A stretch of 63,658 nt of DNA, the filler included, from Reticulomyxa filosa (Eukaryota > Protista > Foraminifera): assembly GCA_000512085.1 (NCBI GenBank). It is 18 parts of 18 records of this genome, joined end to end, with 100 filler letters (N's around TTAATTAATTAA, not from the genome) between each part and the next. Parts side by side here need not be neighbours in the genome. Positions count along the whole stretch, not along the records: positions 11,181 to 13,958 come from ASPP01013226.1; positions 14,059 to 15,628 come from ASPP01012723.1; positions 15,729 to 18,210 come from ASPP01012923.1; positions 18,311 to 19,516 come from ASPP01039052.1; positions 19,617 to 22,308 come from ASPP01006985.1; positions 22,409 to 28,609 come from ASPP01017849.1; 12 more parts are not named here. One strand, written 5' to 3'. Both the position numbers and the translations under genes were made by a program. The notes under the pieces were generated by a model. That model was not told where the DNA came from. It made no database searches and saw only the letters and a list, made by a program, of their open reading frames with translations. Positions 11,793 to 23,534 of the stretch are shown here, one piece after another (positions within the stretch are counted from its first letter, which is position 1; every line of letters starts with the position of its first letter).

Positions 11793-13007
11793 TTATTGTA
11801 ATTTCATTTCCTTTGCGTTGCGACATTTGTCGATACATTCTTGAACAACTTTTTCTTCACCAACATCTTGCAAGGAGTTCAAGGCAATGGCCGACCAATC
11901 CAAGTCATGCCATCCTTGTGCCATAGCAGACAAGAAACGGTCATGTAACAAGTTGGCGACAGGCATGGGGACATTAGTCTGATTTGCTGTTTCCAAGACC
12001 AAATTGATATCTTTGTGTCCCAGATGCAAAGCAAAGTGAGCATCTTTCCATGGAATGTGGTTTTTTCCGCTAACGCGGTCGCCATAGCCTTTATAGATTA
12101 AGCAATTGAAAATTGTTTCTGAAAAAAATTGAGCCATTTGTATGCGACTAACGCCATGTTTTTCGCCTTTTTTTTTAAAAAAAAAAAAAAAAAACAAAAG
12201 AAAAAAAGGATGATCACACACAATTTATATATACAAAAAAGAATTTTTTTTTTTTGGGAACGGAAGGGGGACGAAGGGGAAAAAAAAAAAAGCACCTAAG
12301 GTAAACGATTCAGCCATGCTTTCGATTGCACTTGCAATTAAGAAATTTCCACATAATTTGACAACGCAAGCGCTTTTGACATCGGCACCAAAACCACACA
12401 CTTCGGTGCTCGTATGTTGCAACAACTCGGAACACTTGGGCATAAACTTCAAGTTTCCGCTAATAGGAATGTATGCCTGTGCTTTGGCCATCCCATCCGG
12501 CCTTGCAAAGACTGGCGCGCTCATATATTCGAATCGATTGTTGGTCCTTTCTTGTTGCAACGTATACAAGTCATGTGCTGTTTGCGGACCCACGGTCGAA
12601 CAACTGATGTGCACTTTTATCACTTCGCTATTCATATTCGATGAATTGCGAAAATGCGGCAACATTTCATTGCTCACAAAACTTTTCAAAATTGTGTCGT
12701 TTGGTAACACTGTCACAATTGTGTCACAACGCTCCATTAACTCACTCGGGTGCGACACTACTTCACACCTCTTTGTGTGCGCGTTGCTGTCGTAAAAACG
12801 ACTGCGTTGTCCACGGTCAATGTCGTAGCCTACGACACTATATTGCCCCCGGTGAACAAAGTTACGACCCATTGCGCTCCCAATTTTTCCTAATCCAACC
12901 AATCCTATTGGCTTTCTGTCGCTTGAGGTTGAGGAAAAATTACTTTGGCCTACACTGAATCGCTTGCCAAGCGAAAAACGAGGATAATGCAATTTTAAAC
13001 TACGCAT
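11793..13007 (-). CDS. NAD-dependent 3-hydroxyisobutyrate dehydrogenase / beta-hydroxyacid dehydrogenase family protein, likely mitochondrial
   Basis: Rossmann motif IGLVGLGKIG plus STVGP, APVFARP, VKLCGN and KDINL. Intron at 12167-12295. The N-terminus is Arg/Ser-rich and lacks acidic residues. Confidence 0.9.
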
Positions 13008-13264
13008 TTTTTATTGGAAATGTTGGATGTAATTAATTGATGAGTTTTTAATCAATTTAAAAAAAAACGTAAGTTGAAAGGTTTTTTTAGGCAGTTATAC
13101 ACAACAAATATTTTAAAATGAAAGGTTTATATTTCAGAGTGCAAAAAAGATATATAAAAAAACACAAGCAAACTCAGTAATGCAGATGAGTGTATATCTC
13201 CAAAATAATTTAAACGTTAGCTGTATTGTGGTCGAGAAATTTTTTTTTACAGTCCACAGGCTCG

Positions 13265-13921
13265 ATGAGGGACATTATGTTCCGAACACATCCATGCTTG
13301 TCAAAACAATATCCAAGACTTGATTTTTGGATTTCAAAGCGCTTTATGACTAAACAGCGTTATCAAGGCTATGTATCTTACTTTGACACAACAACGTCGT
13401 CGGGCTGTGTTATCAGAAACGAGGCACCCGAGAAAGACTACCACTTTTTAGCAAAAGAATTAAATGTAAAGGATATTCCACGAGCAAGGTAGAGAGAGCT
13501 GAATTGTGAGGTTTTGAAAAGACAAGACCAGAATAGGATAAAAGAGGAAGGGGAAAAAAAAGAGGAGAGAAAAATGATAGTGACGTTGGGAAAGAATATG
13601 CAGAATTTTCCAAAAATTTCTTGATTTTGTTGTTGTTGGTGGAATGGAAATAGAAAGTATCAAGAAGTGTCTTTTAGCATAAATCCAACGACAGAGAAAG
13701 CAGAAAACATAAGTGGTCTGAGCGGGAACCCATTGATATTCAGGCACGCAAACGCAAGTCGAGACAGGAAGAAAAGAAAGAATAAGTTGTCGTCGCATAG
13801 TGAGACGAAGATGATTCGATGGAAAGGAATAGTACGATTTTTTGATCCAGAAAAAGGGGGTTTCATTACACCAGACAGACTAACATATCAAGAATTGTAC
13901 TTTTGCCCAAATGAACTTCAG
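13265..13921 (+). CDS. Tandem cold-shock (OB-fold) domain protein, 3'-truncated
   Basis: Two CSD-like units: YQGYVSYFD..SGCVI...YHF...VSFSI...AENIS and WKGIVRFFDPEKGGFITPD...LYF. Intron at about 13489-13653. Confidence 0.75.
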
Positions 13922-14108
13922 GTTTCGAGAGAAGGAAGAAAAAGGAAAAGGGGGGGGGNNNNNNNNNNNNNNNNNNNNNNNNNNNNNNNNNNNNNNNNNN
14001 NNTTAATTAATTAANNNNNNNNNNNNNNNNNNNNNNNNNNNNNNNNNNNNNNNNNNNNTATATATATATATATATATATGTAATTTTTTAAAAATTTTTT
14101 GAAAATAG

Positions 14109-14711
14109 GCAATGAAACCCTCTGATTGGATTGACGAGGAATTCATGGACGATCCAAACGATGTGAAGCCTTCGGATTGGGATAATGAGCCTGAAAAGAT
14201 AGTGGACGCCTCCGCGACGAAGCCGGAGGATTGGGACGACGATGAGGACGGCACGTGGGAGGCACCTTTGATTGACAACCCTGCGTTCAAAGGCGAATGG
14301 AAGTCCAAGCGCATCCCTAATCCCGCGTTCAAAGGCCCGTGGGTGCATCCGCACATCTCCAATCCAGACTTTGTCGAGCGCAAGGACGTGCACGCACGGG
14401 ATTCCATCGGCTTCGTCGGCATCGAGGTCTGGCAGGTCAAGGCCGGCACGCTCTTCAGCGACTTCATTTTGGCAGACACACTTGCGGAGGTGGAGCAGTT
14501 TTACAATGAAAGGGTGATCGACAAAGAAGGAGAGCAATCTGCCAAGAAAGCCTTTGATCAAGCGCAAGAAGAGGAAGAAAAGGAAGCTAATAAAGAACAA
14601 GTTTTGTGTACATTTTTTTATACGTCACTCTTTTTTTTTTTTTTGTAAACATGAAATTGCTTCTTGCTCTTTTTATAGAATGACGATACAGAGTCCCATG
14701 ATGAACTGTAA
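14109..14711 (+). CDS. CALR: Calreticulin, P-domain and C-terminus
   Basis: KPxDW and GxW..P.I.NP repeats, GIEVWQVKAGTLF, and an acidic tail without a TM segment. The last exon (14679-14711) encodes NDDTESHDEL*. Confidence 0.95.
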
Positions 14712-15113
14712 TACACAGGCACGAAACAGTACAATGTAGTGCAAAAAAAAACAAAACAACAAACCCAGAGGTAATTCTCTGGATAACAATAGAATTGATG
14801 AGAAAGGTTTTTTTTGCAATGTAGTTGAAAAGGCAATCTTTTTTTTTTTTTAAATGGTGTTTTAGTGCTTTTCTTGATTTTGTTTTGCAAAATCAAAAAA
14901 AAAGAAAAAGGAGGCAAGTGACTAAAAGTATTGTGTTACTAACTTGAAATGAAAAATGTTTAAAAATCTTTATTGACACAAAATTTTGTCAAAGACATCT
15001 CGCAAAGTGTTTTTTTTTTTTTTTGTACAAAAGCTAAAGATTAATTAAAATTAAAAAAAAAATCAAATAAAAGGGGTATTTTCATAATTTTTCGATCAGG
15101 CTCTTGATTGGAA

Positions 15114-15628
15114 ATGAATCCAGCAGACGACTCAAAGACAATGAAACGTCCTCGACTTTCTTGCTTGACGTTACGTCCAAAGAAACGGCCAGCGTTGAGA
15201 ACGGAACCCTTGATATTGGTGGACAAACCGACGGAAGCGAACCAGTTTTGGAACCGACTGTACCGCGAGGGCAACATAGCAAATATCGTGGGACGAAACT
15301 ACGAGACGCCAATCACAAGAGAAGATGTGTTATTGATCTTGAGCAACTACCTGCAAATCAACGAAGGCCGTCTGGATGCCAGACATCCAGTGATCGAGCT
15401 GCTGTCGAACCAATCCATTCGCCGCTTGCGCCACAAAATTCAAACGAACGTCCATTTCTTTCGAACCGTCAATCGCTACGTCAACCAACTGTGCAAGAAT
15501 TATCAAGTCTTTACGTACTCCCTATTTCACGATAGAGTCGACCTTTGCTCTCAAGTGGATCAAAGCAACGAATATGTCGATGCAAAGTCATTCGATGACA
15601 ATGACAATGACAATGACAATGACAATGA
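15114..15628 (+). CDS. Hypothetical protein, 3'-truncated
   Basis: Open frame of more than 170 codons with raised GC and basic NLS-like motifs; runs into (GACAAT)n at the contig edge. Confidence 0.6.
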
Positions 15629-16880
15629 NNNNNNNNNNNNNNNNNNNNNNNNNNNNNNNNNNNNNNNNNNNNTTAATTAATTAANNNNNNNNNNNNNNNN
15701 NNNNNNNNNNNNNNNNNNNNNNNNNNNNGCTATCATTTGCTTAAATCAGTTGGGCTTTTTTTGTAATAGGACAAGTCACACAATAATGACTTTTCAATTA
15801 AAGTTTATTTCAGTGAATTCTTTTTGTATATTTTATTTTTATTTTTTCTTTATTCAACAAATCAGAAAAAGTGTCTTGATTGGTTGATTTTTTTTTAAAT
15901 TAACAAGAAAACATTATTTGACAAATTCCGTTTGCCTAAGCATACAAAAGAAAATTTAAATCGTAATATTTGAAGATAAAAAAATCAAAATAAAGATTCA
16001 ATTCAAAAAAAAAAAAAGAAGGATGTGATAACAATAATATGATAATGATAATGATGATAATGTTAATGATAAAGTAGAAAGTATGTGTGTGATAATGGCT
16101 AGTGGAAAATTGTGGTGTTACAACGTAACGGCGAACAAATGAGTGCCGTACAAGTAATGACAAAGACAGTGTCATTGATGCATTTTTTTGCACATTACAT
16201 TGGCAATACAAAAGAAAAAGAAAAGACATAGCGAGTGACAAGAAAGAAGCAGAAAGTGTTAATATTTGGAGACGACAATACCTGATTAAAAGAGCATGAT
16301 TAAGAACGAAAGCTTTATGAACGTATGCATACGTAGTGATATTATGTATCGTGCAAAAAAATGTACACTACTAGCGCTAGCGACAATTGTAATGAAACGA
16401 GTCAAGTGAAAAATATTGCGCACATATATATATACAATGAAATATAGACCGAAACTCGTCAAGTGCATATTATCAATTACGATTCCAGCATCAAAGACAG
16501 CAACTGGCTGTTCTTACAAGAAATTTTTTAAAAAATGCATAATCAACATTTAAGCGGAAGTGATCTAAGTAGTATACGTGTTTTTTTTTTACTATAGACC
16601 GTAATTAAGACCGATCCTACACATGTTGCTGGCCCAACAGTACCAACTTGAACAAAGTTTGTGATTGACGTTTTGAGGAAAATTTATATACTGATGTCCG
16701 TATAATCTTTACAAAAATAAGCAATTATGCTAAATTATCCAAGATGCAGTAGAAGCTGAAGACAATCAAATATTATCCAAGTATAGAAAGATGTTTGTTA
16801 TGAATGTGTTAAAAATGGCAAATTCGAATCATTTTATGATTCTTCAATGCACTGGTAATTAATTAATTAAATTTATAATT

Positions 16881-17460
16881 ATTAATGTAAAACTTTAAGA
16901 TAACTATTATAAAGACCATAGTATAAATTAAAATTGACATTTATGCCAATTTTTTTTTTTTGATTGAACAAATTTTATACATAATACACTTTCATCTTTT
17001 TCACTTTTGATTACATACACTTTCTTTTTATTTGATCGGATATACCAAAAGCGTATCGATCAATCACTTGATCCAGAACATATCAAGTTTGAAATATCTC
17101 CAAATTCAATACTATTTATTGTAAATGGCAAATAATCGACAGCATTCACAAAACTTGTATGGCCGTTGAATAATTAGATTGATTTGCCATCTCGAATATC
17201 ACATAAACGAACAATGTAATCCTCTGATCCAGATAATATTATATTTTCTAATCCATTGACCTATTTAAAAAATATATATTTTTTATGAAAATAAAAAAAA
17301 AAAACTAATATAATCAAAAATAATTTTTTCAAATTCTTTGATCCATCCAAATGTGATCATTGATAATCTTGTCCAATTTTGAATAATTATTTCAAGTTCG
17401 TCTTCTTGCTTGTCTGAATGCAACCCTGGAACTGTGAAAATCTCTTTGTGAAATTTACAG
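16881..17460 (-). pseudogene. WD40 pseudogene with the N-terminal 'GWIxxF' box
   Basis: ELEIIIQNWTRLSMITFGWIKEFEKIIFDY is followed by a dead splice donor (AT at 17309). After the acceptor at 17261 it jumps straight to late repeats (IILSGSED..., FNGHTSFV..., ICSGSSD*SIRFW) containing stops and frameshifts. Confidence 0.85.
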
Positions 17461-18494
17461 TCATTCTTGCTTGAAGTTGCTGAGCTAACGAAAAATTTTG
17501 ACTGTTTAAAAATAGAAACATATATGACAAACATTACGATATACATATAATAGTATATACAAAGTTTGCAATGCATTTAAAAAAAAAGTTAGCAAAAGAG
17601 TTCAACGAGATATAAGAAGACATTACGTGATATAGATATAAACATACCTTATAATTACGTTGATGAATGGTCATTTACATCATTAATGCGGTGTCCATCT
17701 ACACAACGATAGCTCTTCAGACGCTGATGGCATCTCTGTATTCATATATTAATTTTATATTCTTATAATCATTATTGGTAACATTGTGATATATACTTAT
17801 ACCCAGGATAAAGTAAATAACAAAGATATACAACTTGCCACATATTAAGCCAGTTGAAACCATATAACCAATTCTATTATAAAAAAATTATGTGCGAATA
17901 AATTGTACAAAAGTATTAAATAAATTTGTGTCATATGGCAGTGCCTGTTGTTGGATTGGCAAACAAATGTTGAATGAAGACCTAAATATTGAATGACCTG
18001 TTTGTAAGTTCATACCAAAACATATTCGTATGACTAATGTGACTAAACAAGATTGACCACAAATTGTTGATATGGTAATCATTACTTTTACTGTGTAAAA
18101 GGGCAGATGGCAGTCAATTATAATGGATACAAAGTAGTCTGTCACTTAACTTGCAATAATGAATGAAACATGATGTTCGAGTCTTTTTTGTTATTTGAAC
18201 GAAAGTGCACNNNNNNNNNNNNNNNNNNNNNNNNNNNNNNNNNNNNNNNNNNNNTTAATTAATTAANNNNNNNNNNNNNNNNNNNNNNNNNNNNNNNNNN
18301 NNNNNNNNNNAAAATAACCAAATTTATTTAAAACGTAACTCAAAAAGGAATAATAAATGGTAATTTATTACACTATGCTATTTACTATGTACGACACATT
18401 ACAGAACAAATTCGCAAATAAGCCAGTTGTTAGAACCTTTTTGTGTCTCAAAATTGTTTTCATTGTAAAATCATCTGATCCAACATTGCGAAGA

Positions 18495-19516
18495 ATGAGT
18501 ACGAAGGACAAAGCGACACAGCAACTTGCCGAAGCATATTTGGTGATAATTTCTAAGTGTTTGTTTGACATTATGTTTAATGTTGTAACAAAGAGACACG
18601 TTCTGTCTAAAACAGACAGGAAAAAAGGTGAAAGCAATTTTGGAGAATTGGCTTCGATCATTAAAGATTGATTTAGGATGGATTGATGATTTCAACAAAA
18701 TCATAGCGCGCTACGTTAAACATTTTATTTATTTATCATTTTTTTTTTTTTTGCAAACAAAATTTTTTTTTTTTTTTTTAAAAATAAAAAAAATTCGTAG
18801 ATAAAATATTTCAAATTATTACAACTCTTCAAAGCATATAGTTCAGTAAAAAGCGCAAAATTTTCACCAGATGGCAATACGATTGCAGCAGCTTGCGAAG
18901 ATCGGACCATTCGATTGTGGAATGTAGAGAAGGGCAATGAACTCAAACATTTGAGTGGACATTCGGATTGGATAACCAAAGTGCATTTTTCATCCGATGG
19001 CAAGATGCTTGTATCGAGCTCTTGGGATGAACATGTGATATTGTGGAAACTGTCATTAAAAAATCCAGCGATCAAATTGAAGGGTCATTCACAAGCAGTA
19101 ACAGGAGTGCAATTTTCTCCGGATGACAATATCATTGCATCTTGTTCACGAGATGGAACTATTCGAATTTGGGATGTTGATTCGGAACGAGAGATTAAAA
19201 AACTGATGGGACATTCGGGATTTATCAGTGATGTTTCATTTTCACATAATGGTCAAATGATTGTATCAGCATCTTATGATAAAACTATTGCAATTTGGAT
19301 TGTACATTCTGGTGAAATGATATGGCATTTGCAAGGCCATTCGGACTGGGTGCAAGCTGCAAAATTTTCTCCAGATGGTCGCACGGTGGTATCTTCCTCA
19401 TGGGATAAGACAATTCGAGTATGGGATTTGAAGACTGGCAAAGAAATCTTGATATTGAGAGGACATTTGCAATGGGTTGCAGATGCACAATTTTCTCCAG
19501 ATGGTCAAACTATTGT
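18495..19516 (+). CDS. WD40-repeat protein with the N-terminal 'GWIxxF' box; 3'-truncated
   Basis: Exons MSTKDK...YL | TGKKVKAILENWLRSLKIDLGWIDDFNKIIARY | IKYFKLL..., followed by at least six regular GH..V..FSPDG...S.D.TIR.W repeats. Confidence 0.92.
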
Positions 19517-19616
19517 NNNNNNNNNNNNNNNNNNNNNNNNNNNNNNNNNNNNNNNNNNNNTTAATTAATTAANNNNNNNNNNNNNNNNNNNNNNNNNNNN
19601 NNNNNNNNNNNNNNNN

Positions 19617-20276
19617 TATGAATACGATCAAGGATCTAATTATGATGGATTTTATAGTCCAGTTCCGTCGGATAGCCATGGGTATGAATATGGATATAAT
19701 GCATATGACACCACTGCTGCTTATAGTGCGCCGCCTTATTCGTCGAGTCATAACCAATCTGCTCAGATGATGTCTTATCCGCCCACAGAGTCACACATGT
19801 ATAGATATGCTTCACATGGCGCAGATCAATGGGGGACAGGCTATGCTATGCAACGCTCGGATCCAACTACTGTTGGTCCACAAAGCCAGTGGAATGGATA
19901 CTATTCACAACACGCAACGTCGGTTCATTTGAATCCAACTGCTAACAATGCCACCACTACTGCGAATGCAAATACAAATGCAAGTACTCTTGCGCATTCC
20001 ACTCTCCCTACTACTTCTGCTACTGCTACTACTGCTGCTACTCCTACTCCTACTAGCACTACAGCACCGTCCATAAACACCAACTACACAACTCAAACGG
20101 ATAATTACTATGCATTAAGTGCACAAACGATTCCACACACCTCCATTCTTGCTAATATCCCTCTGCAAGGCACTCTGCCCTCTGGATATTCTGGAGTTCG
20201 CTCCACTGGAGGATTGACAACAGGCAATACTCGCTATCATCCTTATCAAATCAACGGCTCCTCTCAGACACTATAA
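19617..20276 (+). CDS. Tyr/Ser/Thr-rich low-complexity C-terminus with RYHPY (PY-NLS-like); possibly the tail of an RNA-binding protein
   Basis: The frame is open from the contig edge to TAA at 20276. Confidence 0.7.
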   Translation, partial: YEYDQGSNYDGFYSPVPSDSHGYEYGYNAYDTTAAYSAPPYSSSHNQSAQMMSYPPTESHMYRYASHGADQWGTGYAMQRSDPTTVGPQSQWNGYYSQHATSVHLNPTANNATTTANANTNASTLAHSTLPTTSATATTAATPTPTSTTAPSINTNYTTQTDNYYALSAQTIPHTSILANIPLQGTLPSGYSGVRSTGGLTTGNTRYHPYQINGSSQTL

Positions 20277-20802
20277 ATACTACTGCACAATAACACGTGT
20301 TCAAAGAAGGACTCATTGCTCACATATTTACCTTTACTTACAAAGTAAATGCATTTCCGATTTGCAATTTGTCTTGACACACATAATTCTCTCGGGTGCC
20401 AAATAACCATCTCCTATTCTTTGTTTTTTTCCGTGGAATCTCTGGGCTGGTTTATAAATGTTTTGAATTTTTTTCTCGTGGGAATGTTGCGAGGGAAAAA
20501 AAAATTTTGCATTTTTGTCTTTACATGAAAGCAACATATAAAAATCCTCGAAAAATGAGTTTGATTTTGTATCTTGTCAGTGCGTGTTTTTCCAAATTTT
20601 GAATTTTGGTTGTGACTTCTATCCGATAATTGCTGACTTGCACCATTTTTCAACTGCATGTTTGCGTTTCTAATATTTGAAAAATTTACTTGATGTGAGT
20701 GGCACAAAATCATCTCAAAACTGATTTAGTTAATTTTTCAATCAATAAACCACATTGATATAAAAAGAGAAGTTCAATATCAGAACAAATTTACCAATCT
20801 TT

Positions 20803-20867
20803 AAAATCAATATAACATCATTTTTTTCCAAAATTAAAAATTTCAAAAATTAATCATTTTTAATCAA
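20803..20867 (+). repeat. About 65-bp direct repeat, copy 1
   Basis: AAAATCAATATAAYATCATTTTTTT..AAAATTAAAAATTTCAAAA.TTAATCATTTT.AATCAA recurs at 21321-21384. Confidence 0.88.
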
Positions 20868-20967
20868 GAAATTATATATCTTATATATTAATGTAATTAT
20901 CATAAAAAAAAGATTTGTGATAGTGCTTTAATCTATACAATATCCAATATCCCTATACCCTGATTAG

Positions 20968-21253
20968 CAACTAGTAGCAGTTTAAGGTTTAACACAGAAC
21001 AACCCACCACATAGATATATAATCACATAGATAGATATTATAAAATAGATATATATATCATCACATAGATATCGCCATTCTATGCAAACTTGGTGTTCAC
21101 CTTAAACTGGGGTTATATTATTGACTATCATTTCAATATATAACAGTGTTACAATCTTTCTATACTGAATGTCTTAGTCTATAACAAACTCTAGGTAAAT
21201 TTGCTATAGTAAAATTACTTCCATACTAGAGACTCATGTACCACTACTAGTTG
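20968..21253 (-). ncRNA. Candidate structured RNA or fold-back element of unknown class
   Basis: A 10-bp closing stem encloses three long hairpins. A 12-bp helix with G-U pairs forms only on the minus strand. There is no ORF. Confidence 0.5.
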
Positions 21254-21320
21254 ATAAATATATATGTCTAATGTTATATATATACTCCAAAATTTTGTTC
21301 ATGCATTAAACTTTTTTTAA

Positions 21321-21384
21321 AAAATCAATATAATATCATTTTTTTTCAAAATTAAAAATTTCAAAATTTAATCATTTTAATCAA
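21321..21384 (+). repeat. About 65-bp direct repeat, copy 2
   Basis: Matches 20803-20867 with few differences. Confidence 0.88.
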
Positions 21385-21598
21385 TTTATCAAAAAGAGAA
21401 CAAAATACATCACAAAGATAGTAATGAGAAAATAATTTTTATTTTATAATTATTTAATAATGTCAATTACAACTTTTTATATCAAAATACATTTATAATA
21501 GATAATAAAAATATTCATTATTTCATATGCACAAAACATTCAACTAATAAATTTCCTTTTTTTTATAAAAATTTTCACTTTCTCCATAACCAACGGGC

Positions 21599-22277
21599 TT
21601 AGGGTATTTCAGCTCGAGACATGGGTAAATATGTTGACAATGCTGTGTGGGCGGTTGTAATCCACAAATCAAAATCAAAGTTTGGTGTGTACGCCACTCC
21701 GCGATGGTCTTGTTGGGGCTTGTGTCGTTTCGCATCGTGTTTCAGCAGAATTGCTTTATCATCTTCCAAGTTTCCACCTTTGTGCACATACAACGTATTT
21801 CTGTACTTTTTTTTTTAAAAAAAAGACAAATAAACTGGATAGCAGCAAATATTGAATATTAGTATTATAAAATGATTACATTGATAAAACATATATGTGC
21901 ATATAACATATGACGTATACATATATGCGAGTGTGTACATATATATAATTAAAGATCAAACAAACCGAGGATCCGAGGTTAGAATGGCTTCGTGGTTTCG
22001 ATAAGCGGGCAATGACACACATGGGTCATAGTAATTCTTTGAGACGAAAGGCAGATACTCGTTGTTCAAATGGACCTTTTCTGCACAATCTTTGGTTTCG
22101 AAAAACTCTCGTATCATTGGCATGGCTTCAAAGTCTTTTGGACGCATTAAGCGTATGTGAGACTCCAAATAAGGTACTTTGAGATCGTACGTAATGTCAT
22201 CGACCAGATAGTCTACCGTAAAATCTTCAACTGCCTGTACATCATTCTGACTTGCAGATTCCAGTAGCAGTATATCT
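21599..22277 (-). CDS. Hypothetical protein, last two exons
   Basis: ...ILTSDPR | NTLYVHKGG...SRAEIP* join in frame across a GT-AG intron at about 21801-21964. Confidence 0.6.
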
Positions 22278-22408
22278 TGTATGACTAATTGGATTTAATT
22301 GGTTTAAGNNNNNNNNNNNNNNNNNNNNNNNNNNNNNNNNNNNNNNNNNNNNTTAATTAATTAANNNNNNNNNNNNNNNNNNNNNNNNNNNNNNNNNNNN
22401 NNNNNNNN

Positions 22409-22441
<33 letters not shown>

Positions 22442-22544
22442 AATTGTTTACTTTTTTTGTATGCATATATGTTATATATTGATACATGTACATATATGCT
22501 TTGTTGCTATGGTCATCCCATTGAGGTTGATTGTGGCCAAACAG

Positions 22545-23534
22545 TTAAAGTATGGCAGACGGGGCTTTCCGCATTTTCGACGCTTCCAGCTATCGGACGA
22601 TATGACACGATTGATCTGGTATTCACGCAAAAAAAATGTGGGAGAGACAAGCATTGCGATTGCAGATATCAAAGAAATTTTGGAAGGTCAGCAAACGGAA
22701 GTGTTCAAACAGTGCACACAAAACTCGTTGGAAAAAGCCTCGTTTTCCATTGTTTATGGAAGCAAAATGAAGACTTTGGATTTGGTTGCAAAGTCGTACG
22801 AAGAAGCAAAACTATGGACTAAAGGTTTGCGAGGATTGATGAAAGCTCACCAGTTCACTACTTTTTTTTAAATGTTTCATTTTTATTGTTTGTTTTGTTG
22901 GATAAAAAAAAAGAGAGGGGGGGAAGAGAGAGGGGAAAAAAATTGATTGTATGTATGTGACTAGACAAGGAAAATTGCATAAAGTAGCACAAATATTAGT
23001 GAACGTAGACTACACTGATATCACAAAACCCAACTATCGCGGTGAAAAGTTACAAATTACATTTGTTTTGAATAGTGGTTTGAAATTGCAAACACAAATG
23101 CTTGCTGGTTGTACGTATGTTTTCTTACAGTGCTGCGCAAATACCTGCGCCTGGCTACGATAATATCGAATTGCTTCGCGCGGTTGAAACAACTTTGGAC
23201 CAAAGCAAAAAGACGTTCAAGCTGATACAAGACCTAATGCACACCACGGAAATTCAAAAAAACAAAGAATTCAACGCGATTAGACTTCTGGTGAGCGAGT
23301 TGGAGCAAAGGTTTGACAATCTCACATTTGCTCTCACGCATAAAACTTTGCCGTTGCAAAGTCTGAAACGAGACGTTACGTGTCCAACCTACTCCCTTTT
23401 TTCCTTACTTTTACGCAAAATAAAATTGAGTGCATATATGTACTTATTGACAGGTATGGGTGTTGAAGGTGGACGTGACAGTATTGCATGAGAAGTTGCA
23501 AGTGATGGGAAAATCCAAGTTCCACATATTTTGA
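22545..23534 (+). CDS. PH-domain protein (PLC/PRAF-type PH) with a helical C-terminus; 5'-truncated
   Basis: LKYGRRGFPHFRRFQLSDD...IKEILEGQQTEVF...SFSIVY...TLDLVAKSYEEAKLWTKGL, followed by further spliced exons. Confidence 0.85.

Noticed and set aside
15280-15365. ITREDVLLILSNYLQIN resembling a SWIB/MDM2 helix
   Set aside because: The rest of the SWIB pattern is missing; too short to call.
15940-16860. Coding-like plus-strand stretch, and a similar one at 17880-18200
   Set aside because: Multiple stops and no family I can name; probably old pseudogene debris.
21008-21072. Three CACATAGATA repeats as a CRISPR-like array
   Set aside because: The repeats are only 10 nt with irregular AT-rich spacers, in a eukaryote with no cas genes in view.
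21105-21240. Firm call of a group I intron from GACTA/TAGTC
   Set aside because: The pair lies within a simple long hairpin, P4-P6 and P1 are not convincing, and there is no host exon. Kept only as a hypothesis.
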